Source of the DNA: Scyliorhinus canicula
Taxonomy: Eukaryota
Direction: 5' to 3'
DNA: 64,000 nucleotides
Assembly: GCF_902713615.1 (NCBI RefSeq)
Contig: NC_052160.1
Coordinates: 137,248,737 to 137,312,736, forward strand
How positions within the stretch are numbered: position 1 is the first letter of the stretch; each line of letters starts with the position of its first letter. This document shows positions 37,801 through 46,800 of this stretch, in pieces. Below the pieces are notes generated by a model. That model had not been told where the DNA came from. It did no database searches and saw only the letters and a list, made by a program, of their open reading frames with translations. The translations under genes were made by a program, and so were the position numbers.

Positions 37801-40800
37801 AAATCTCCAGACGGGGTCTTTTCAGTCCATGTGTACTGAATGGGGAGGGACCCCCGGAGAGACTCACAGGAGACGGACACTGAGCCCCCAGAACATGAGA
37901 CTTTTGGCGGGGATAAAAATCTCAGCACAGGAACAGACACGGATTCTGTGGGAAAGAAACAAACATTCAGATACTGACGGACCGTCTAAATATAAAATAC
38001 CCTGTGAATTTCACCAGTCCTGTATCTCAACCAGGGCCTGTGTTTTGGAATCTGACCAGCACATCCACCTCTCTGTATCTCTCCATCCTCCTGTAGTCTG
38101 AACTACGGCCATTGTATCAAAGCCTCAGGGTGGGATTCTCCGGCCCCCCCCCCCAAGCCGTGTGTTTCCCTGCACCGCGCGGTCCGCTCAGCGACGGTAT
38201 TCCATACTCCTGCCGCTTGTCAATGACATGTCCCATCCTGAAAGGGGGCCCCAATCGGCACTGTCACCTACTGGATCCCAGCCCCCATCACGGGTCCAAC
38301 AACACTCAAGAAGCTTGGCACCATCAAGGATAAAGCAACCCGCTTGATCAGCACCACAAACACCAAATTAAAATTCCACTCCCTCCCCCTCTACAACCTA
38401 CAATCTCTGCATTGTGTACCGTCTGTAAGATTGTGTACCATGTATAGGATTGTGTACCATGTACAGGATTGTGTACAATCTCTGCATTGTGTACCATCTA
38501 TAGGATTGTGGCCCATTTATAGGATTGTGTACCATTTATAGGATTGTGTGCTATCTATAGGATTGTGTACCATCTATAGGATTGTGTACAATCTCCGCAT
38601 TGTGTACCATCTATAGGATTGTCTACTATCAATAGGATTGTCTACCATCTATAGGATGCACTGTGACAATTCAGTTGAACGTCTTCAATTGCATCGTCCA
38701 AATTCGGGACCTGTACCATTTAGGAGTTCAAGGGCAGCAGATGCATGTGAACACTGCACCCTACAAATCATACATCACCCCGACTTCACTACAACTGGGT
38801 TAGAATCCTGAGACTTCCTCCCTAACAGCACAGTGAAAGCAGCATCACCATGTGCACTGCAGTGGTTCATGAAGACAACTCCCCACCATCTTTTTAAAAA
38901 TAAAATTTGAGTACCCGATTCATTTTTTCCAATTAAGGGGCAATTTAGCCTGGCCAATCCACCTAACCTGCACATCTCTTTTGTGTTGTGGCAGCGAAAT
39001 GCACGCCAATCAGGGAGAATGTGCAAACTCCACACGGACAGTGACCCAGAGCTGGGGTTGAACCTGGGACCCCAGAGCCATGAGGCAGCAGTGCTAACCA
39101 CTGCACCACCTTGCTGCCCTCCCACCATCTTTTTAAGGGCAATTACAGATAAGTATTCGAGACCCAACTATCTTCAGCTGCTTCATCAATGACCATCCTT
39201 CCAAAATAAGGTCAGAAGTGAGGATGTTCCCTGATGATTTCACAATTTTCAGCACCATTCGCGACTGGACAGATGCTGAAGCAGTCCCTGTTCAAATGCA
39301 GCAAGACCTGAACAATACCAGGCAGAGACAGGAAGGTGGATGAGCAGCTCATGTGATATTTGGTCCAATACCTGATAGTTAAAGAAATTGTTTATCTGAA
39401 AATATCTGAAATCCTTGCTCAGAATGTTGGACAGGCCAGGAATTGGGTTTGTGTAACACAGGTCGAATCCCCGGCATCTGCCCCCTACCTGCCAGACTCT
39501 GCACTGCAGTGGAGACTCGGGATATCGGACCTGTCGGGTGTGATCTCCGGCTGCGTTCCTCGCTCTGCGTGGATCCCTGGAGATGCTGGGAGAGGCCTTC
39601 CGTCGGCTTCCTGGCAGCCTTTACGCCTCGCAGGATTATACCCCAGCCCCACGAGGCGTCAGAATCCCGCCAAAAGGGGTGTGACCAAATGGCGCACACC
39701 TACGTAGGTTCTAAACCTTCGGGATCTACCAGCCTCCCCAGTGAGATTGCAGCCAGGCCCCGTTCAGTACTGGTCTATACAAACATAGACCAGGTGGAAC
39801 GGCGCCCGGGGGTCTCCCGGGGCCCCTGAGTGGGAGGTAAGTGCAGGCTGCCCCCCCCCCCCCCCCCCCCCCAGCCTTCCCCCTGGAACATGGACACTTT
39901 GCACTATCCAGCTGGCACCTTGTCACTGTCACCCTGGCAGCAGCATGTCCAGGATTCCAGTGTGTCAGTGCAAGGGTGCCCGGGTGCCAGAGTGGCACTG
40001 CCAAGGGACGGTGCCTGAGGGGGGTGGGGGGGGGGCATGCCCATGAAAGGTGGGTGGAGGGGCTCTTTGAAGGTGCAGGACAGTTCATAGGGACCATTAG
40101 GAGGTTTGTGGGGGTGACAGGTTGGGATCCTGGAGGGAAGGGGCCTGTAAGGGGGTGGGGGGGGGGGTGGGTGTTGGGGGGGGGGAACTGAAGAAAAGGG
40201 GCCCCCAGGGCTCCCTCACTGGGGAGGGAGGGGGTGATGTTTACATGTGTGGGATGTGACATTGTCCATGGGTGGGGTCGGATTCACAACCACACTTAGA
40301 ACATCCTTTCAAAATGGCGGCACGATCTCTGAGGTCAGCTCCCCAGTGCTGAAAACAATTTCAGGGGCGAGATTTCACCAGCTCTGTGACAGCGAGCGGG
40401 AAAAGCCGCGCGTTTCCCGAGGCTCGGTCCGGTGAGGCCGTCACCGGTATAAAACGTCCATTGGTCCACTTATCGAGGCCCCGTGGGATTCACGCCGTAA
40501 ATCATCATTCGCTGGCTAATTTGCCTGGGACCACACTGGCCAGCCCCCCCCACTCAAACCGCTCCTGCACAGCCGACCCCACTCAGCTCACAGCCAGTAC
40601 TGTGGAGACCAGCCACACGCTTTGGAGAAGCCGACCTGGGCAGATTTCTGGATGTGGTGGAGACCAGGAGGGATGTCCTGTTCCCCTGAGGGTCGAGGAG
40701 AGCCAGACACAGGGCAGCCAGTACCGCCTGGGATGAGGTGGTAGTGGCCGTAAGCTCAGGGAGCGTGTTGAGAACTGGCATCCAGAGCCGCAAGAAGGTC

Positions 40801-43800
40801 AACGACCACCACCGGGCCGCACGGGTGGGTAGGCAGCCTCCCCGCTGGAAGGCCCCGGCCCACCCAGGGCCAGCTGTGCTGCCTACGCCACCCCCTACTC
40901 CCACTACCCCCTAACAACTGTCCCCCCATACGCCCCAATCCTCAAGCCTTCATACTCCACATGCCCCCTTACTCTCCATCCCCCCATATGGCCCATCCCT
41001 CCTCCACCAAGCCCCCCCATTGAGCACCTCCCGCAATCAAAGATGCGTGCGGCTCACAAAACCCTCTCTGTCCCCGCAGGAGAAGCTGGCCCACAACAGG
41101 TTGGAGAGGCCCAGATGGGCGACGGGGGGGGCCGGACACCACAGTATTCTTGGCACAGCTGTCATCCTCACCCCCCACCAGCACAGAGACACACACCCTG
41201 GAGGGAGAATGTAGTCGACAGGCTTCTGGGGCCCATCCTGGTGAGCACCACAATCCTGCTGAAGCACATCTGGTGCGGTAAGGAAATCCCAGGGAAAACA
41301 GCAGCCCGAAGTCTGTTGGATCCCAGGACAGGCAGAGCGCCTGGGCAGCATGATCCCGTCTCAGGTGGGCATAGCCGAGATGCTCCAGAGCGTCGCCCAG
41401 TCACTGAGGAGCATCACTCTGGGCGCCAACACTGTGCTGCAGGCATTGGGGAGTCACCAGAGCTGGCAGAGCCAGATGGTGCAGTGGCAGCCGGGGCTTA
41501 TCCAGCTTCCCCTCCATCCCGGGGTGAACCCCAGGGCCCTACGGACACCGACTGGGAGGAGAGGGAGCTAGGTGCCAATCCAGAGCCACCCGATGGAGTG
41601 GCGACAGCGGCCACTAGCCTCCGCCCCCCCCCCCCCGCCCCCCCCCCAAGACCTACCCTCTAGGCAACGGCACATCCAGGGGTCAGCACCCAGGACAGGG
41701 CTTGTGTCACAGGCTAGTGCCCTGAGGCCCTCTGGCCACAGGGCCCCCAGAGGATGAGCGTCAGGGGCATCAAAGGCCAAAGGGCGTGGGAAGCAGGAGG
41801 CTGCCTCCACCTCTGATGTGCATCCTGGTGACACACTTAGATATAATGGTAGGGCACAGAAGGCAAAGCCGATCACGGATTGCTGAGAGGGAACTGGGGT
41901 TGGATAAAGGGCAATGGGGGAGGGGGCAGGAGATTAGCGAGGGGAAGGGGTGGGGAGGGGTTGGTAGTGATGGGGATAGTGGGGCGGCACCTTCGGGGGA
42001 TGGAAACGTTGACCTTGCACACTATGGCGCCTCTGCCACCTTCTTCCGCTATGCGGGTTGTACGGCTATCCCATGCCACACCTTCACTGACATGGCGGTT
42101 CTGGAGGCCGTGTCTCTGTAATGTTTATTCTAGATTTTATGAATAAAGTATACTTTTTGAAAAAAAAACTTGTCTCCGGAGACAGATGCAGTGGTATTTG
42201 CGGTGGTTCATCCCGAGCAGCTCTGTGACACAGGACTCTGCTCTATGGACTGTTTCCAGGGACACACACCGAGACAAACATCAACTGCTGCTGGAAGGTC
42301 ATCAACTCGGTGAAAGTCGCTCTTTGGTCTGCCCGTAACTTGCTGACCTTCCAGAGCAAAGAATTGTCCTCGACCGAGTGTTGCAGACTGGCACATTCCA
42401 AGGTCCAGGACTACGTGCTGAGGGACGCACTCAAGCTTGGGGCAGCTGCCGCCAAGGCGCAATGGGGAAAGGCCACTGTGTAAGGTCTGACCAGCAAATG
42501 TACACCGAGGGGGTGGGTAACAGTGTAAAACCCCTCGGTCCGGGTCATTAACACTTCAATGTATAAAAGAATCATGACGATGTTAATATTTAAGAAAGAA
42601 TTGTAACGTAAAGATTAATATGTGTATAATGCCATCCCAATTGAATGGAAGAAAGTCAAGTGAATGTGTGACTTTGATGGAAATATACAGTCAACACAAT
42701 TCGGAATGTTGATTATAGATTTTATGAATAAAGTGTATTTTTTGAAAAAAAAACCTATCCCCGCAAGTGGGGACCAGACAGAACGGCACGCGGGTGGGTC
42801 TCCCAGGGGCTTGGAGGCCCCGAGATGCATGCCTTTTTGGCTGGGTGGCACCCTGGCACTGCTGGTGCCACCCAAGCACCTTGGCACTGCCAGACTGGCA
42901 CCCTGGCAGTTCCAGCTTGGACCCTGGCAGTGCTATCTGGGTGCCAGCCTGGAAGGGTGTTGGGGGGGGGGGGGGATTGCGACACCGTTAGTGCACAAAA
43001 CAGGACTGTGTGCGACCTCGGCCGCTCATTTCCAACTGACGCCCTTTATTAAAAAGCGATTGACGGTTTATAGCCATGTGTTTGTCGGCACTGCGAGAGC
43101 CGGGAAACACTCGGCTAAACACGCTCCCCATGGGACTTTGTTCCCTTATAGTAAAAGCACATCCTCAGTGTTGTTATGGTAGCGGTGGGCAACTCGCTCA
43201 CAGAGCCATCAGGAAACTCCCTGCAAAACAATGTGGAAAAGTGTGAGGTTATTCACTTTGAAAGGAGGAATTTAGGCATAGATTATTTTCTAAATGGGGA
43301 GATGCTTAGGAAATCAGAAGCACAAAGGGACTTTGGAATTCTTGTTCAAGATTCTCTTCAGGTTAAGGTGCAGACGTACATCCCTGCTCCTGTATTCTAG
43401 CCCTCTCAACATGAATGCTAACATTGCATTTGCCTTATTTTATTATTGCCTTAAATTATTATTATTGTTATTAGGTTCAGTCAGCAGTTAGGAAGACAAA
43501 TGCAATGTTAGCATTCTTGTCAAGAGGGCTAGAATACAGGAGCAGGGATGTACTTCTGAGGCTGTATCAGGCTCTGGTCAGACCCCATTTGGAGTATTGT
43601 CAGCAGTTCTGGGCCCCGTATCTAAGGAAGGATGTGCTGCCCTTGGAAAGAGTCCAGGGGAGGTTCAGAAGAATGACACTTGGAATGAAGATTTTGTCGT
43701 ATGAGGAGTGATTGAGGACTCTGGGTCTGTACTCGTTTAGAGTTTAGTGAATGTGGAGAGGGTGTTTCCACCTGTAGGAAAAACGAGAACCCAAGGGCAC

Positions 43801-46800
43801 AGCCTCAGACTGAAGAAACGATCATTTAAAACAGGGATGAGGAGGAATTTCTTCAGCCAGATGGTGGTGAATCTGTGGAACTCTGTGCTGCAGAAGGCTG
43901 TGGAGGTCAAGTCACTGAGTGTCTTTAAGACAGATAGATAGGTTGTCGATTAATAAGGGATCGGGGGTTATGATCAGCCATGATTGACTGGCGGAGCAGA
44001 CTCGATGGGCTGAATGGCCTAATTCTGCTCCTATGTCTTATGGTCTTACAACTTGCCACAAATAAACTTCAAAATGTTTCCCTTCAATTCCACCCGTTGT
44101 GTTTCCTCCTGGAGTAAATATTGATCAGACATTTCAGTCGAGATTAACAAAGAAAATCACCAAGAAACGTACCTTCAGATATTTGTAGCTCAACTGCAAA
44201 TAATATATCCAATCCAGGTTTTTTAATTCCACAGCTGTACCATCCTGTATCTTCTGAACGAAGATCCTCCACAGTAACAACAAACATTCTTTCTGCCTTG
44301 TTGTCTCTGATCGACATTCTCCCTCTCCGTCCACCTGAATCATCTGATTTTACCAAAATGGAGCACCTAATATTCACACCATCGCACCAATATTTCACCA
44401 TTTCCCGGTACGCTCCATCATAGTGACAATTTATTGTGATCGCTCTTCCCACAATTCCTGTTACTTTCTTTTCTGCCGACAATGCACCTGAAACTGAAGA
44501 GACACCGTTTCAGAAATTGAACAAAGAAGAATTGTTAAATACAAACAGGTACATTTTAACAGAAGTTACTAATGTGTACAGAGGAATCTCTCCAGTGCAC
44601 CTTCTAATCCAGGAAAATTCCTTCATGTTTTTGATGAAAGCAAACATAAATATCGTGACTTATCACAGCCTCAGGATGTGACAGAGAATTTCACAGTCAA
44701 TGATTAACTTGTGAAACTTTTGGGGTGTTTTAACTTTCTTGATCCAACAGCAAGAATTGGACGTTGGTAGTTAGAGGGGTTCATGGAAATCAGGGTTCTG
44801 TTGTGTACTGTGATGTTCAACTCTGTTGCATGTGTGCAATGTCACTGACTGATTGACAGGCTTGTCTTCAATTGGGGAACAGTGGGAGGATGGTGCAGGA
44901 CCAAATTGGCCCGCGTCTGTACCACACGGGGTGGATTGGGGTTGGTTTGTAGAAGGCCGGTGGTCGGGGTTGGATTTGGATTCTGGTTGGGGTGGGGCTG
45001 GAGGCCTCGGAGTTGGGCTGTGATGGGTGGCTCAGAGAGAAGGTGGGTGGGCTTTGTGGGGGTGTGAAAAATAGAGGCTCATTGCTTGGGCTGTCGTGTT
45101 GGTGTCTTCGTGCAAGGGTCTGGGAGCTGATCAGACAACAGGTTTCCCCTTGTGTAAGGCGAGTCATTCCTGATTGATGTGCGCAATTAGAATATCAACA
45201 TCATCCTTAGAGGTCACCTCATTCATCCAACTCACTTGGGCTGTGAATTAAACAAGTCTTTGAACAGGAACAACCAGCCACCAGGAAACTAATCACTGAC
45301 AGCCTGGCCTTTATAACCAGTCCTGGACCTTGATCCTCCATACAGCTCTCGCCCCCTGGCTTCACAGTGCTGCCTGACTGTATGAGTTCACACTCACTGC
45401 AGTCACCTCCCCCCCCCCCCCCCCCCACCCCCACCCCCGTGTGAAAGTCTTCAGACCCCATGAGTCCAGAACAGACCCATTCTCAGAGGGCCCACTTTGC
45501 CCCTGTAGCCTGGCCTCCAATGGAATCCCACCAGGGACCTCACAGCCACCTTCAGTGCTGCCCCTGTGGATTCACCCTCACCCACTTTCCAGCTGCAACT
45601 CTGGAGGGGCAATCCCTCAGCGGTGATATCGCCACAAACCCAGCAAGGAGGCACAGGAATCACTGCCAGCACACCAGCCGCCGGACCCCTTCAAATCCAG
45701 AGGCTCCCAGACATGAGGGGCCGCGAAGACCTGCGAGTGACCCTAACTCCTGAGGTCCTGAGGCTGAACCCCACCCACCCCAAGATGAGCCTATCTGGGT
45801 CCCCCGCGTCCTCGCCACAGACCCCACTGCATTGGCACCCAGAATGCGATGGCGACCCGAGCACTCATCTCCGATATGCCCTTCGGAGCTGAGGTCGGAG
45901 GTCAGGCCGGCAGGTTCTCGAACCGTTGCAGCTGTTGTTAATCACGCCGGCGCGACGTCTCGCCGGAGACGAGTGAATATTCAGTGAGTGAGGACGTCTC
46001 GGAGGGAGGTGGGCTCAAAATCACCCCTCTTGGATGGAATCTCGTGTCCTCTCCAGGGCACGTTTGGTGGCAGGGGCATTTAATTGGTTGGGAAGTTGGT
46101 AAGTGTGGACACTGCCACCTCAGCCCCTCCACTCCTGAATAAATTGTGGGTAGAGAAGCTGGGAGACAGCCTTGCCACCATGCCACCAATTGTGGGCCAT
46201 TTAATGCCCACTTATTGGCCTCATCCTGCCACCGCTGGCATGAACCCAGTCGATGGGGGACTCACCAGTTAGGGACTCAACAAGCAAACCCCTGTGTGTG
46301 GTTGTGGGCTGCGGGTGAGGGTGACATTCCTTCACGGAAAGGCACTCAGGGTCTGAACGGTGAACCTGGTATTGGGAAGCAGGGGGCTCGCTGATAGCCA
46401 CACCCCTGCCTGTGTTTCCAACCCTCCATCACCACAACTCCCCTGTAAACCCTCTCCCCTGATGTCCCTCCCGCCCTTACTCCCCTCTGATGGAGATTCA
46501 AATTCCACTCAGAGAGGAAAATGGCGGCTGACATTAAGGAACGGACCTGAAGGTGCTGTACTTTCAGACCTTGGGAACCATGTGTGGAATATTGTGTCCT
46601 GCCCTGTGGCAACTTTGGTGGTAGGGGGCATTTAATTTGGGTGAGAAGGTGGGTGAGAGTACAGACCCCTTACTGTCTTATATAAGACACGAGTCTGAGA
46701 CCCAAACTTCGCCCTTCAAACTGAATATGACGTTCTACATGTTATGATCACTGTTACCTGGAGGCTCTATTAATATAAGGTTATTGATTAATCCTGTCTC

